DNA of 64,000 bases from Clostridia bacterium (GTDB lineage Bacteria > Bacillota > Clostridia > JAAYHZ01): the NCBI GenBank assembly GCA_050950825.1, contig JBMNIH010000006.1, positions 32,001-96,000 on the forward strand, in the 5' to 3' direction. Positions 49,491 through 61,036 of this stretch are shown here, one piece after another. The notes beneath the pieces were generated by a model. That model ran no database searches, was not told the DNA's origin, and saw only the letters and a program-made list of their open reading frames with translations. The translations under genes and the position numbers were made by a program. The first letter of the stretch is position 1; every line of letters starts with the position of its first letter.

Positions 49491-50419
49491 CCGAGAACCT
49501 TCTCTTTCGGTATTTGCTCCGCCGTCTTTCCGCTTTCCATAGAAGCGGTTGAGGCCTTTGGGGAAACGGAGCCTTTGATCAATGACAAGAATATGAGGAA
49601 CAGTCCCGCCAAGGTTTTTATGCTGTCCGGCCTTTCCCCTGTGAAAAGAGCGGCGGTAATCAAAGCGGTTACCGGTTCCAAGGCATAGATTAAGGCCGCT
49701 TTTTCCGGTTTTATGAAAACAAGGGCAAAGGTTTGGGCGATAACGGGAAATACGGCGAAAAACGTACATACAAGTACCAAAGGCAGAAGGGATACAAGGG
49801 ATAAAGAATTCCGAATTCGGACGTATTCAAGGATTGCAGGACCTGTGAAAACAAGGCTGCAAAACAAATAGTGAACAAGTAAGAATTGCTTGGAATCCAC
49901 GGAGGGAGCTAAAACCTTTTGACCTACCAGATACAGGGAGAAAAAAAGGGCGTTGGCCAAAGCGAATAAAATATTAAAATTAAATTGGAAGTCTTCAAAC
50001 CGGACGGTTATGAGGAAAATGCCCGAAAACGCAACGAGGGCGTTTAGGATCCGAACCTTTTCCGGTTTTCTTTTTTCGTAAAAAGAAACCAAAAAAGGCG
50101 TGATCACAACGGAGGACTGCACCACGAAGGCGGTTACGGAGCTGTCGTTCCGCTTAAGGGACAGCATGCAAAAAATATTGCTTAGTACGGAAAATGAGCT
50201 TACGAGAAGAATTCTCAAAACCGTTTTCTTGTCGACACCTTTTACAACCTTTCGAAAGAAAAGAAAAGAGAACAAAAACCCTCCTAAAGAGAATAAAAAC
50301 AGGACCGTAAACATGGGAAGGGATCGAAGAAGTATTTTGTTCAATACGTAAGACGATCCCCATATGACGGCATTTATTACCAACAACGCTTCGGCATTTC
50401 TTTTTTTATCGGCTTTCAA
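49487..50419 (-). CDS. DMT/EamA-family transporter
   Basis: IWGSSY; two EamA repeats; ALIYALEPV. Confidence 0.88.
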   Translation of the reverse strand: MKADKKRNAEALLVINAVIWGSSYVLNKILLRSLPMFTVLFLFSLGGFLFSFLFFRKVVKGVDKKTVLRILLVSSFSVLSNIFCMLSLKRNDSSVTAFVVQSSVVITPFLVSFYEKRKPEKVRILNALVAFSGIFLITVRFEDFQFNFNILFALANALFFSLYLVGQKVLAPSVDSKQFLLVHYLFCSLVFTGPAILEYVRIRNSLSLVSLLPLVLVCTFFAVFPVIAQTFALVFIKPEKAALIYALEPVTALITAALFTGERPDSIKTLAGLFLIFLSLIKGSVSPKASTASMESGKTAEQIPKEKVLG

Positions 50420-50593
50420 AAGGACCCTCCTTCAATGTTTTTACGGTCATATGATATTCCATATGTTCTGTAAAGTTTATTGTAAAAAATGCTTGATACC
50501 TTGCGAAAAATGCCGTATACTCTTTTGTAAACAGTTAAAATATGGTAATATGGTAAAGTCCGGATAGACAAAATCACAAATAAGGATAGCGGT

Positions 50594-51490
50594 ATGGAAA
50601 CGGATCAAGACAAGAATGTTGTTAAAACGGGATATTTAAAAGAAGAGTTTCGATTGTTTCATTTAAAAGACAAAATCAATTTAAACTATGAATTTCACTA
50701 TCATGAATTCAATAAGATCGTGATCTTTTTATCCGGGGATGTTACCTATTTGATCGAAGGTAAGCCCTACAAGCTTCAGCCCTGGGACATTCTTTTGGTC
50801 AGCTGCAACGAGGTTCACCGTCCCGTCATCAACCCTAACGTGGAATACGATCGGGTAGTTATTTGGACCAACGAGCATTTTTTGGATAAGCACAGCAACG
50901 AGGAATTCGATTTAAGCGCTTGCTTTAAGGAAGCGGAACGGTTGCAAAAAAACCTGATACGAATGGAGCCCGCCCAAATCAGGGAAACGGAGCTTTTGTT
51001 GGACCGGTTAGAGAATGCGGCCAAAAGCGGCAGGCCGGAAAGCCATATTTTACGAAACGCCCTGTTTATTCAGCTGTTGGTGCATATCAACGTTTTGTTT
51101 TCGGAAACAAGATACGACCCCGAAGAGGATGCGAATACGGATTCCGTGGTTCAATCGGTCGTAAGCTACATCAACCGGAACATTAAAAAGGATTTGTCCA
51201 TTGATTCCATTGCATCGAACCTTTACGTAAGCAAATATTATTTAATGCATAAATTTAAAGAGCGGACGGGATACACCATATACAACTACATCCTTCAAAA
51301 GAGAGTGTTGATGGCTAATGCATTGATCAAAAAGGGAATGCCCATCATGCAGGCAAGCTACGAATGCGGATTTAAAGACTACTCTTGTTTTGTGAGGGCT
51401 TTTAAAAAGATTTACGGCACCTCACCCAAAATGCATTTCCGGCAATTGAAAAGCGAGAACGAGCCTTTCGAAGACAAGCATTACGAATGA
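50594..51490 (+). CDS. AraC-family transcriptional regulator
   Basis: HYHEF cupin; SKYYLMHKFK, CGFKDYSCFVRAFKK. Confidence 0.93.
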   Translation: METDQDKNVVKTGYLKEEFRLFHLKDKINLNYEFHYHEFNKIVIFLSGDVTYLIEGKPYKLQPWDILLVSCNEVHRPVINPNVEYDRVVIWTNEHFLDKHSNEEFDLSACFKEAERLQKNLIRMEPAQIRETELLLDRLENAAKSGRPESHILRNALFIQLLVHINVLFSETRYDPEEDANTDSVVQSVVSYINRNIKKDLSIDSIASNLYVSKYYLMHKFKERTGYTIYNYILQKRVLMANALIKKGMPIMQASYECGFKDYSCFVRAFKKIYGTSPKMHFRQLKSENEPFEDKHYE

Positions 51491-51630
51491 TGTATATAAA
51501 AGATATGAAGTTTGTCGAAAAGTATTTGCGAACCCCATCTTTATTTGTTACAATAGCAGAAATAAAAAGACAGGACCTGCCCTTTGAAAGGGTACCCATA
51601 GAAAGGTAAAGAAAGGAATAGGCGAAACTT

Positions 51631-54162
51631 ATGAAACTGGCATTTTCAACGTTAGGTTGTCCGGAATTCAGTTGGCCCGATATTTATTCCATGGCCAAAG
51701 ATATCGGTTTCGACGGTATTGAAATTCGTGGACTGGGAAAAGATATTTATTCGGATCGAGCACAGCCTTTCCATGAAGACGAAATACCTCAAACCGTAAA
51801 GAATCTATCCCGGCTGCGACTGGAGATTCCGTGTATTTCCTCCGGATGCTGCTTAAAATTCAAAGACCGGGAGCAAGAGAATGTGGAAGTCATTTCTCAG
51901 TATATCCGATTGGCCTCCAAGGTAGGGGCATCGTTCGTTCGCGTTCTGGGAGACTTGGAGCCTCACCCGGAAGGAGACGTCGACGATCAAACGGTTCTTG
52001 AAGGATTGAAGCTGTTAGCTCCCGTTGCGGAAAAATACAACGTGATGCTATTGGTGGAAACCAACGGCGTTTATACCGATACGGAGCGCTTGAAACGGCT
52101 TTTGGATCAAGTGGCCAGCGATTATGTTGCCGCTTTGTGGGACGTTCACCATCCTTATCGTTTTGCCGGAGAAACGCCTGCCCAAACCGTCAAAAACTTA
52201 GGCGCTTACATTAATTATGTACATATCAAGGATTCGGTTTTGGAAAACGGCAAGGTCAAATACCGCATGATGGGCGAAGGCGATTTGCCCGTGGACGATA
52301 TTGTCGCCGCTTTACATTCCATTAACTACGAAGGATATATTACGTTGGAATGGGTCAAGCGTTGGGCTCCCGAATTGGAAGACCCCGGCATCGTGTTCCC
52401 TCATTTTGTGAACTTCATGACCCGGTACTTAGGCAAGGCCAAGGGACACGGCGGATTGTATGACAATAACACCAAAACCGGCAAATACATTTGGAAGAAG
52501 GACGAGCTGATCGACCTGACCTTCCCCCAAGTGTTGGATCGGGTGGCGGAAGAGTTTCCGGATCAATATGCGTTCAAATACACGGTTTTGGACTATACGC
52601 GAACCTATTCGGAGTTTCGAGACGATGTGGACACCTTTGCCCGCGCATTAATCGCGTTAGGGGTAAAGCCTCGTGACCACGTGGCCGTTTGGGCTACCAA
52701 CGTACCCCAATGGTTTATTACCTTCTGGGCTACGGTGAAAATCGGCGCCGTTTTGGTAACGGTAAATACGGCATACAAGATTTACGAAGCCGAATATCTC
52801 TTGCGTCAGTCGGATACCCATACTTTGGTAATGGTGGACGGATACAAGGATTCGAACTATGTGGAAATTATGAAAGAGCTGTGCCCGGAATTGGAGCACA
52901 ACGAGCCCGGCAAACCCTTGCGTTCGAAACGTTTGCCTTTCTTGCGCAACATCATAACCGTAGGCTGTCAGGTAAAGGGCTGCTTGACCTGGGAAGAAGC
53001 ATTGGAATACGCGGAAAAAGTGCCTGTGGAAGAAGTATACCGCCGTGCCGCGTTTGTTAATAAGCACGACGTATGCAACATTCAGTACACCTCCGGAACG
53101 ACGGGATTCCCCAAAGGCGTCATGCTGACCCACTACAACGTAGTCAACAACGGTAAAACCATCGGGGACTGCATGGACTTTTCCACTGCCGACCGCCTTT
53201 TGATCCATGTTCCCATGTTCCACTGCTTCGGTATGGTTCTTGCCATGACCGCATCCATGACCCACGGAACCACCATGGTACCGTTACCCTACTTCTCACC
53301 GAAGTTATCCTTGGATGCCATAAACAAAGAGAAGATTACCGCTTGCCACGGCGTGCCGACCATGTTCATTGCCATGCTGGAGCATGAGGACTTCAAGAAG
53401 ACGGATTTCTCCTATATGAGAACCGGAATCATGGCCGGAAGTCCTTGTCCCGTTAAAGTGATGCAGGACGTATTGGATAAAATGAACATGAAGGAGATTA
53501 CCATCGTATACGGACAAACGGAAGCGTCTCCCGGATGTACCCAAAGCCGCGTAGACGACTCCATCGAGATTCGCGTGAACACCGTAGGAAGAGCGCTCCC
53601 CGGCGTGGAATGCAAGATTGTAGATCCGGTTACGGGAGAGGATTTGCCGGACGGTGTGGACGGCGAGTTCGTAGCTCGCGGCTACAATATCATGAAAGGG
53701 TATTACAAAATGCCGGAAGCCACGGCCGTTGCCATTGACAAGGACGGATGGCTCCACACCGGCGATATGGCTCGCCGCGATAAAAACGGTTATTACAAGA
53801 TTACGGGCCGAATCAAGGATATGATTATCCGAGGAGGAGAAAATATCTACCCGAAGGAAATCGAAGATTTCATCTACACCCATCCGAAGGTAAAGGACGT
53901 CCAAGTTATCGGCGTTCCCGACAAGCAATACGGAGAGGAAATCATGGCCTGCGTAATCTTAAAAGACGGCGAAACCATGACGGAGGATGAACTCAAAGAC
54001 TATGTAAGAACCCATATGGCAAAACACAAAACGCCGAGATACGTGGATTTTGTAACGGAATTCCCCATGAACGCCGCAGGAAAGATCCTAAAGTACAAAA
54101 TGAGAGAGCAAGCCATCGAAAAACTGGGACTTCAAAAAGAAGCCCGCATCGAAACGGCTTAA
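51631..54162 (+). CDS. fusion of xylose-isomerase-like TIM barrel and acyl-CoA synthetase
   Basis: aa 1-265: GFDGIEIR, VET, WDVHH, HIKD, LEW. aa ~295-843: QYTSGTTGFPKG, YGQTE, LHTGD, GRIKDMIIRGGEN, GKILK. Confidence 0.9.
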   Translation: MKLAFSTLGCPEFSWPDIYSMAKDIGFDGIEIRGLGKDIYSDRAQPFHEDEIPQTVKNLSRLRLEIPCISSGCCLKFKDREQENVEVISQYIRLASKVGASFVRVLGDLEPHPEGDVDDQTVLEGLKLLAPVAEKYNVMLLVETNGVYTDTERLKRLLDQVASDYVAALWDVHHPYRFAGETPAQTVKNLGAYINYVHIKDSVLENGKVKYRMMGEGDLPVDDIVAALHSINYEGYITLEWVKRWAPELEDPGIVFPHFVNFMTRYLGKAKGHGGLYDNNTKTGKYIWKKDELIDLTFPQVLDRVAEEFPDQYAFKYTVLDYTRTYSEFRDDVDTFARALIALGVKPRDHVAVWATNVPQWFITFWATVKIGAVLVTVNTAYKIYEAEYLLRQSDTHTLVMVDGYKDSNYVEIMKELCPELEHNEPGKPLRSKRLPFLRNIITVGCQVKGCLTWEEALEYAEKVPVEEVYRRAAFVNKHDVCNIQYTSGTTGFPKGVMLTHYNVVNNGKTIGDCMDFSTADRLLIHVPMFHCFGMVLAMTASMTHGTTMVPLPYFSPKLSLDAINKEKITACHGVPTMFIAMLEHEDFKKTDFSYMRTGIMAGSPCPVKVMQDVLDKMNMKEITIVYGQTEASPGCTQSRVDDSIEIRVNTVGRALPGVECKIVDPVTGEDLPDGVDGEFVARGYNIMKGYYKMPEATAVAIDKDGWLHTGDMARRDKNGYYKITGRIKDMIIRGGENIYPKEIEDFIYTHPKVKDVQVIGVPDKQYGEEIMACVILKDGETMTEDELKDYVRTHMAKHKTPRYVDFVTEFPMNAAGKILKYKMREQAIEKLGLQKEARIETA

Positions 54163-54174
54163 TCCGTAAGATAG

Positions 54175-54213
54175 AAAAAATGCTCCTTTTTCAAAAAAGA
54201 GGAGCATTTTTTT
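54175..54213. terminator. bidirectional terminator
   Basis: AAAAAATGCTCCT/AGGAGCATTTTTT. Confidence 0.8.
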
Positions 54214-54262
54214 ATGGCAAATACGGCTTGAAACTCGTTTATCCCGAAATCGCTTCGGAAGT

Positions 54263-54961
54263 TTAATTTTCCATCAGTATCGTTACCAGCAGCATGGCCG
54301 CGAACACGGTGTGCATTTCTCTTGTGGGGTGGTTTATATGGTTGGAAAGTAATTTCGTGGTGTCCGTACCCGCATCCGATAGGTTTCTCCATGCTTTGTA
54401 GGCATTGCATATGACCGCACCGTTTTGTCTTGCCGCTTGCATGGCCGCTTCAAACAGCCTGTCCACCTCGCCGCTTGTTTGCTTTTTAGCCAACTTTTCG
54501 GCGTAATCAATCGCCCATTGGCTTTCGAACAAGCGGTTGATTTCTTTTTCGTTGCAATAGCTATCCACCATATTCGGCGACATGTAAATGGCGGGAATGT
54601 TCCTGTCTTTAAGCTCCGAAAAAATTTTTGAGAATACGTCTTCCATCTCCTCGATAGGCGTGTCCATGTTATTAAGCCCCAGACACACGATTACAAGGTC
54701 GGGATTGTATGCAAACACGTCTCTTTCCAATCGTTTGTACGCACCCGCCGCGTTGTCACCGTTTATGCCGCTGTTTATCATGTTTATTCGAAGCTCCGGA
54801 AATATTCCGTTCAGCATCTTTTTAAGACGATTGTGCCACACCGCATCCATGTCATAAGCATAATCGAACGCGCCGTTTGTAACGCTGTCGCCTAGTGCCA
54901 CTATATTGAAAGCGAGATTTTCCTTCTGCTTTCTTGCCATCCTTTCAAGAATATTTTGCAT
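54263..54961 (-). CDS. SGNH/GDSL-family hydrolase
   Basis: LGDSVT, NSGING, GLNN, NHP; SD GAGGAGG. Confidence 0.88.
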   Translation of the reverse strand: MQNILERMARKQKENLAFNIVALGDSVTNGAFDYAYDMDAVWHNRLKKMLNGIFPELRINMINSGINGDNAAGAYKRLERDVFAYNPDLVIVCLGLNNMDTPIEEMEDVFSKIFSELKDRNIPAIYMSPNMVDSYCNEKEINRLFESQWAIDYAEKLAKKQTSGEVDRLFEAAMQAARQNGAVICNAYKAWRNLSDAGTDTTKLLSNHINHPTREMHTVFAAMLLVTILMEN

Positions 54962-55233
54962 GGTTTCCTCCTCAAGTTCGTTCCAGACGCATCTTCTTTT
55001 ACGGATCACGCAACCCGTCGTTATGTCACATATTCTTAGGAAATTATATCAAATCGATTTAAGAATTTCTATTCATCGTTTTGCCATATCGGGGTCCCGG
55101 TCTTCATCGGGAGCACCGTTTCGATAACGTATCGTATATTCGGATATAAAATCGAAAGCATCCATTTGATACCGCTGCACCAATTTATGGGAAATATTGT
55201 ATAATATCTATATCAATCACGGAGGACGGAACA

Positions 55234-55680
55234 ATGGGGCTCATACGAATCATTCAAGGCGACATTATGCGGATCCCGGTAGATGCGGTGGTTCTTGCCG
55301 GCAGAGGATCCGATACGATTCGCTCTGCAGGACAAGCGGTATTGGAAAAATGCGAAACGGCACCGGTCAAGCATATCATCCGTACGAAAAGACCGGAATG
55401 GAAAGGAGGCCAACATGACGAGGACCGGCTTTTGGCGTTATGCTACCGAAACATTCTGAAGCTGGCGGCGGAGAACGGTCTGAAAACCGTGGCGTTTCCT
55501 TCCTTTGAACAGGACGGCTCGAATTACCCTCTACGAAGAGCGGCAAGAATTGCACTTTTGGAAATATCGGATTTTTTGGAAGAGTATACGTGCTTGGAAA
55601 AGGTTTTTGTCGTATGCGGTGACGACGACACTGTAAAAGCTTACCAATCCGCCATCAAAGATATTGATTGCAGCGCTTGA
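55234..55680 (+). CDS. degenerate macrodomain protein
   Basis: IIQGDI..VDAVV, P.WKGG...LLALCYRN.L.LA, VAFPS; catalytic loops missing. Confidence 0.75.
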   Translation: MGLIRIIQGDIMRIPVDAVVLAGRGSDTIRSAGQAVLEKCETAPVKHIIRTKRPEWKGGQHDEDRLLALCYRNILKLAAENGLKTVAFPSFEQDGSNYPLRRAARIALLEISDFLEEYTCLEKVFVVCGDDDTVKAYQSAIKDIDCSA

Positions 55681-55937
55681 AAACAAATGCAAATGAAAAG
55701 GCCGGAAAGTACTCCGGGCTTTTCACACAATCCATTCATCACCATATGCGTCATGCCTGGTTTTTATATATCGCTGACAAGTAATATAATAAACTAAATA
55801 AATACAAAAATCAACCATATTTTATAATAAAATCAACAATTTATGATATTTTTTCTCGTGTATTTGCCCTTCTTACGGATCATGTTATAATAGATTAAAC
55901 GAAAAGTACAATAGAAGAACAGGAGCTTTACAACTTT

Positions 55938-56840
55938 ATGATTGACTTTAAGGAAGTACAGATTGAAGATAAAAGGTGGGCGGATCCGATCATCCGAAAG
56001 GCGAATTTACGAGGCAGCCATTACAATTTCAGTACCATTTTTACTTGGGCAAAAATCAACAATTACCGAATAGCCGAGGTCCACGGGTTTCTTGTGGTCA
56101 AATTGTTTGAAGAAAACCAAGCCGGCTACTATTTTCCCGTCGGCGAGGGAGACATAAAGGCCGTGTTGGACCTTATGATTCAAGATGCCGCCGATAACGG
56201 GCATCAGTTTCGCCTTTACGCATTGTCGCCGGAAGATCATAAAGTGACGGAAGAACTCTATCCCGGACGTTTTACGTTTGAATACGAGAGGGATTATTAC
56301 GACTACGTCTACGAGCTGGACAAGCTGGTAACCCTGTCGGGGAAGAAGCTTCATGCAAAAAGAAATCATATCAACAAATTTAAAAGAACCTATTCGAATT
56401 GGCAATTTGAAATCCTTTCCGACCGGAACATGGAAGATTGTATCAAAATGAACGAGCAGTGGTGTAAAGAAAACGGCTGTGCGGAAAACGGCGAGCTTCA
56501 GGACGACTACTGCGCAACCCGTCGATACTTCAAGTATTACAAGGATTTAGGGGTTGACGGAGCATTGATTCGTGCGGAAGGAAAGGTGGTAGCCTTTACC
56601 ATCGGAGAAATCTTAAATTCCGATACCTACGTCATTCACGTTGAAAAGGCGCTTAGGGACGTGGAGGGAGGATATTCCATGATCAATCGGGAGTTTGCCG
56701 AATACGTAAAAGGAAAATATCCCTTCATTGTACTGATGAATCGGGAAGAGGATATGGGGGACGAAGGATTGAGAAAAGCCAAGGAATCCTATTACCCCGA
56801 TCGGATGGAAGAAAAATGTTGGGCGGAGTTGATAAAATAA
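55938..56840 (+). CDS. DUF2156-family (aminoacyl-PG synthase C-terminal-like) protein
   Basis: DYVY...LSGKKLHAKRNHINKF, IHVEKA, MNREEDMGDEGLRKAKESY. Confidence 0.88.
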   Translation: MIDFKEVQIEDKRWADPIIRKANLRGSHYNFSTIFTWAKINNYRIAEVHGFLVVKLFEENQAGYYFPVGEGDIKAVLDLMIQDAADNGHQFRLYALSPEDHKVTEELYPGRFTFEYERDYYDYVYELDKLVTLSGKKLHAKRNHINKFKRTYSNWQFEILSDRNMEDCIKMNEQWCKENGCAENGELQDDYCATRRYFKYYKDLGVDGALIRAEGKVVAFTIGEILNSDTYVIHVEKALRDVEGGYSMINREFAEYVKGKYPFIVLMNREEDMGDEGLRKAKESYYPDRMEEKCWAELIK

Positions 56841-56842
56841 TC

Positions 56843-57715
56843 ATGGACGAGCAAATCCTGTGTCGAAAATCCCGCAAAGAGGAAACGGACCGGTTAAAGG
56901 ATCTGTGGGAGATCGCTTTCGGAGACGACCGGGCTTACATTGATCTGTTTTTTAAGTATAAATACAAAGAAGACCGGACCTACGTGCTGACTCGAAACGG
57001 AAAAATTGCGGCCATGACAACGGCCGTTCCCGTCCTTTATAACGATAAAAACGGGTCGGCGGAGGGCGTGATGCTTTATGCCGTGGCCACGCATCCCGAA
57101 GACAGGGGAAAAGGCTTTTCCACGATGCTAATGGATTATGTCAATCGCGACTTTTTTGAAAAAGGGACTTTTCTTTCGGTTTTGGTTCCGGCAACGCCTT
57201 CTCTTTTTCAATTTTATAAAAACCGAGGCTACACGGAAAGCTTTACGATTTCCGAAGAAAAAGTCAAATCGGAAGATTTGAAGAATTGCAAAAACCCCGA
57301 TCTTTTCATGCAGCCTGCAGAAGGAAAGGACTACAATCGAATTCGAAATCGTCTTTTATCCGATATCTCTTTCATACAATATTTTGACGAAGACATTGAG
57401 TTCCAAAAGCAAATCTCCCTATTGTCGGGAGGAGACATCTTCTTGCTTCGTACCGAAGATATAATCGGCTGTGCCGCCGTAGAAAAAACGTCTTCGGAAC
57501 AAATCCTTGTAAAAGAGCTTTTGGTACCGGATTCCTTGAAGATAGCCGCTCTTTGGGAAATTGCGGATTTTATGAAGGCCTCGGAAATCATCGTAAGAAC
57601 GCCTTCCCGAAGCGGCGAAGACCCGAATAACGGAAGACCCTTCGGAATGGCAAAGGCCAAGGACCGGACCTTCGGCACAATTCAAAACGGATACTTAGGA
57701 CTTGCTTTCGACTAG
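56843..57715 (+). CDS. GNAT-family N-acetyltransferase
   Basis: LWEIAFGD, YAVATHPEDRGKG, LVPATPSLFQFY..RGY. Confidence 0.88.
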   Translation: MDEQILCRKSRKEETDRLKDLWEIAFGDDRAYIDLFFKYKYKEDRTYVLTRNGKIAAMTTAVPVLYNDKNGSAEGVMLYAVATHPEDRGKGFSTMLMDYVNRDFFEKGTFLSVLVPATPSLFQFYKNRGYTESFTISEEKVKSEDLKNCKNPDLFMQPAEGKDYNRIRNRLLSDISFIQYFDEDIEFQKQISLLSGGDIFLLRTEDIIGCAAVEKTSSEQILVKELLVPDSLKIAALWEIADFMKASEIIVRTPSRSGEDPNNGRPFGMAKAKDRTFGTIQNGYLGLAFD

Positions 57716-57815
57716 GAGATCTCGGTATATGGTAAATCTTTGTTGAACATATACTTTTTGTTGGATTGCCGGAACGGCTTGTGATATACTTGTCTTAAAG
57801 GTAAGGAGTGGCGTT

Positions 57816-59771
57816 ATGATGCAAGCTTCCGCATGGCAGAGGATATCCGATGATTCCATATACCTTTTTAAAGAAGGTACCCATCATCAATGCTATCGTA
57901 TGTTCGGAGCCCGACTTGAAACCGTAGCCGGACGCAAAGGAACTTATTTTTGCGTTTGGGCGCCAAACGCAAAAAGGGTCAGCGTTGTCGGAAATTTCAA
58001 CGGTTGGAATGTCGATTGCAACGTTATGGAAAACGTGAAGGGCTCCGGCATTTGGGAGCTTTTTGTCGAAGGCGTAGGCGAGTACGAGCCGTACAAATAC
58101 GCCGTCACCTCCCGGGACGGGAGAACCTTCTTAAAATCCGATCCGTACGCCTTCTATTCCGAGCGTAGACCTGACAACGCATCGATTGTGTATAACTTGG
58201 AGGGATACGTCTGGCACGATCAAGAATGGATGAAAAAAAGGAGCATAACGCCGATTTATGACAAGCCTTTATCCATCTATGAGGTGCATTTGGGCTCTTG
58301 GCGAAGAAACGAGCAAGGAGATTTTTTATCCTATGTTCAATTGGCGGAGGAGCTTACGGATTATGTTCTTGATATGGGATATACCCATATCGAGCTTCTT
58401 CCCATAGCGGAGCATCCTTTGGACCAATCTTGGGGCTACCAAGTAACCGGATATTACTCGGCGACAAGCCGATACGGCACCCCGAAAGATTTTATGTATT
58501 TTGTAGACCGGTGCCACCAAAAGGGAATCGGGGTTATCATGGATTGGGTTCCCGGGCATTTTCCTAAGGACGCCCACGGTTTGGCTTTTTTCGACGGAAC
58601 CTGCCTTTATGAATACGAGAACCCGAAAAAAAGAGAGCATCCCCACTGGGGAACCCATATATTCGATTACGGAAAAAACGAAGTGCGAAGCTTTTTGGTT
58701 TCCAACCTGATGTTTTGGTTGGAATATTTCCATATTGACGGATTTCGGGTGGACGCCGTAACCAGCATGCTTTATTTAAACTTCGGTAGGGAAGACTATG
58801 TCCCCAATCGATACGGCGGCCCCGAAAACCTGGAAGCCATTGAATTTATACGGTACATGAACCGGACGGTTTATGAAAAGTATCCGAATGTTTTGATGAT
58901 CGCCGAGGAATCGAGCAGCTGGCCTATGGTCAGCCGTCCGGTGTATTTAGGAGGCTTAGGCTTCAACTACAAGTGGAACATGGGCTGGATGAACGATATT
59001 TTGCGATACGTTTCCATGGATCCGATTCATCGAAAATGGCACCACAACTTGGTCACCTTTTCCTTGATGTATGCTTTTTCCGAGAATTTTATTCTTCCTT
59101 TGTCCCACGACGAGACGGTCCACGGAAAGAAATCCCTTTTGGACAAGATGCCCGGGGATTATTGGAAAAAGTTTGCGGGACTGCGGTGCCTGTTGGGCTA
59201 CATGACGGCCCACCCCGGAAAGAAGCTTCTTTTTATGGGCGGCGAGTTCGGCCAGTTTATCGAGTGGAAATACGACAGCGGTTTGGATTGGCATTTGCTT
59301 TTGTATGAATCTCATCGAAAATTGCATGAATATGTAAAGGATTTGAATCATATATATATCGGTCAGCCTTGTTTGTGGGAAAACGACCACGGTTGGGAAG
59401 GATTCGAATGGATCGATCCGAATGACTACAACCAAAGCGTTTTGTCCTTCATTCGCAAAGGAAAAAACCCCAAGGGTTTTATAATTATCGTGGTCAATTT
59501 TACGCCGGTTCCCCGAGAAAACTATCGAATCGGCGTACCTGCCGCGTCCGGTTACAGAGAATTCTTGAACAGCGACGATGAAAAATACGGAGGATCCGGG
59601 GTCGTCGACCGACGATTGATTGTGCCGGAGGATATACCTTGGCATCAATTCAAGCAGTCCGTCGCCATTACGATACCCCCTTTGGCCGCTGTGTATTATA
59701 AACCTGAGGAAGATTGCGAGACGGGCGATAAACTGCGTAAAAAAGAACGAAGCGAGGAGAATGGAATATGA
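57816..59771 (+). CDS. glgB: 1,4-alpha-glucan branching enzyme
   Basis: [36 protein letters not shown]. Confidence 0.97.
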   Translation: MMQASAWQRISDDSIYLFKEGTHHQCYRMFGARLETVAGRKGTYFCVWAPNAKRVSVVGNFNGWNVDCNVMENVKGSGIWELFVEGVGEYEPYKYAVTSRDGRTFLKSDPYAFYSERRPDNASIVYNLEGYVWHDQEWMKKRSITPIYDKPLSIYEVHLGSWRRNEQGDFLSYVQLAEELTDYVLDMGYTHIELLPIAEHPLDQSWGYQVTGYYSATSRYGTPKDFMYFVDRCHQKGIGVIMDWVPGHFPKDAHGLAFFDGTCLYEYENPKKREHPHWGTHIFDYGKNEVRSFLVSNLMFWLEYFHIDGFRVDAVTSMLYLNFGREDYVPNRYGGPENLEAIEFIRYMNRTVYEKYPNVLMIAEESSSWPMVSRPVYLGGLGFNYKWNMGWMNDILRYVSMDPIHRKWHHNLVTFSLMYAFSENFILPLSHDETVHGKKSLLDKMPGDYWKKFAGLRCLLGYMTAHPGKKLLFMGGEFGQFIEWKYDSGLDWHLLLYESHRKLHEYVKDLNHIYIGQPCLWENDHGWEGFEWIDPNDYNQSVLSFIRKGKNPKGFIIIVVNFTPVPRENYRIGVPAASGYREFLNSDDEKYGGSGVVDRRLIVPEDIPWHQFKQSVAITIPPLAAVYYKPEEDCETGDKLRKKERSEENGI

Positions 59772-61036
59772 TGATGGAGAAAGAGTGTGTTGCCATGCTG
59801 TTAGCAGGCGGGCAGGGAAGCCGCCTGGGCGTATTGACGAAAAAAATTGCCAAACCGGCCGTTCCCTTCGGAGGGAAATATCGCATCATCGATTTTCCCT
59901 TGAGTAACTGCACCAACTCCGGTATCGATACGGTGGGAGTTTTAACCCAATACCGGCCTTTGAAGCTGAATACCTACATCGGTATCGGGCAGCCTTGGGA
60001 TTTGGACCGATTAAACGGCGGTGTCACCATCCTTCCCCCTTACGCAAAACAAGAAATCGGCGAGTGGTATTCCGGAACCGCCAATGCCATTTACCAAAAT
60101 ATCGAATTTGTGGACAGCTACAAGCCCAAGTACGTATTGATATTGTCCGGGGACCAAATCTATAAAATGGACTACAGCTTGATGCTGGAGTATCATAAGC
60201 AAAAAGAAGCCGTCGTTACCATTGCGTATATCCAAGTGCCCCGGGAGGATGCAAGCCGTTTCGGCATTATGAATACCGACGATGACGGAAGGATACTGGA
60301 ATTCGACGAAAAGCCCAAGGTTCCGAAAAGCAATAAAGCTTCCATGGGCATCTATATCTTCGATTGGGCAATCCTGAAGCGGTACCTGATCGAGGACCAA
60401 ACCGTTTCGGGCTCGAACAACGATTTTGGAAAAGATATTTTACCGAGAATGTTAAACAACAAAGAGCGTATGTATGCTTACCTCTTCGACGGCTATTGGA
60501 AGGACGTAGGAACCATCCAAAGCTTTTTCGAAGCCAATATGGATTTACTGAACGATCCTCCCCAATTGGACCTTTACGATACCCAGTGGAGAATTTATTC
60601 GAGAAACCCCGGCAAACCGCCTCATTACGTTTCCGGTGAATCGACGGTAATCCGCAGCATCATTACCGAAGGATGCGAAATATACGGGGACGTGTCCCGC
60701 TCGGTTTTGTTTTCGGGGGTTTACGTAGGAAAAGGGTCGAAAATCATCGATTCCATTCTGATGCCTAACGTAAAGGTAGGAGAAAATACGGTGATTCAAA
60801 ACGCCATTATCGGGGAAGACGACGTAATCGGGGACAATTGTCGTATCGGATACGGAGACGAGGATATCAATCGTTGTGCTCCCGATATCTACAAAAACGG
60901 GATCACGGTACTAGGAGAAGGAATTACCGTATCCTCCGGGGTTCGAATCGGGAAGAATGTGATGATAGACAAAGACGTAACGGATAATAGGGATATAAAG
61001 TCAGGGGAATGTGTCATGGAGGAGAAGCGGTCATGA
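59768..61036 (+). CDS. glgC: glucose-1-phosphate adenylyltransferase
   Basis: [32 protein letters not shown]. Confidence 0.97.
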   Translation: MMMEKECVAMLLAGGQGSRLGVLTKKIAKPAVPFGGKYRIIDFPLSNCTNSGIDTVGVLTQYRPLKLNTYIGIGQPWDLDRLNGGVTILPPYAKQEIGEWYSGTANAIYQNIEFVDSYKPKYVLILSGDQIYKMDYSLMLEYHKQKEAVVTIAYIQVPREDASRFGIMNTDDDGRILEFDEKPKVPKSNKASMGIYIFDWAILKRYLIEDQTVSGSNNDFGKDILPRMLNNKERMYAYLFDGYWKDVGTIQSFFEANMDLLNDPPQLDLYDTQWRIYSRNPGKPPHYVSGESTVIRSIITEGCEIYGDVSRSVLFSGVYVGKGSKIIDSILMPNVKVGENTVIQNAIIGEDDVIGDNCRIGYGDEDINRCAPDIYKNGITVLGEGITVSSGVRIGKNVMIDKDVTDNRDIKSGECVMEEKRS

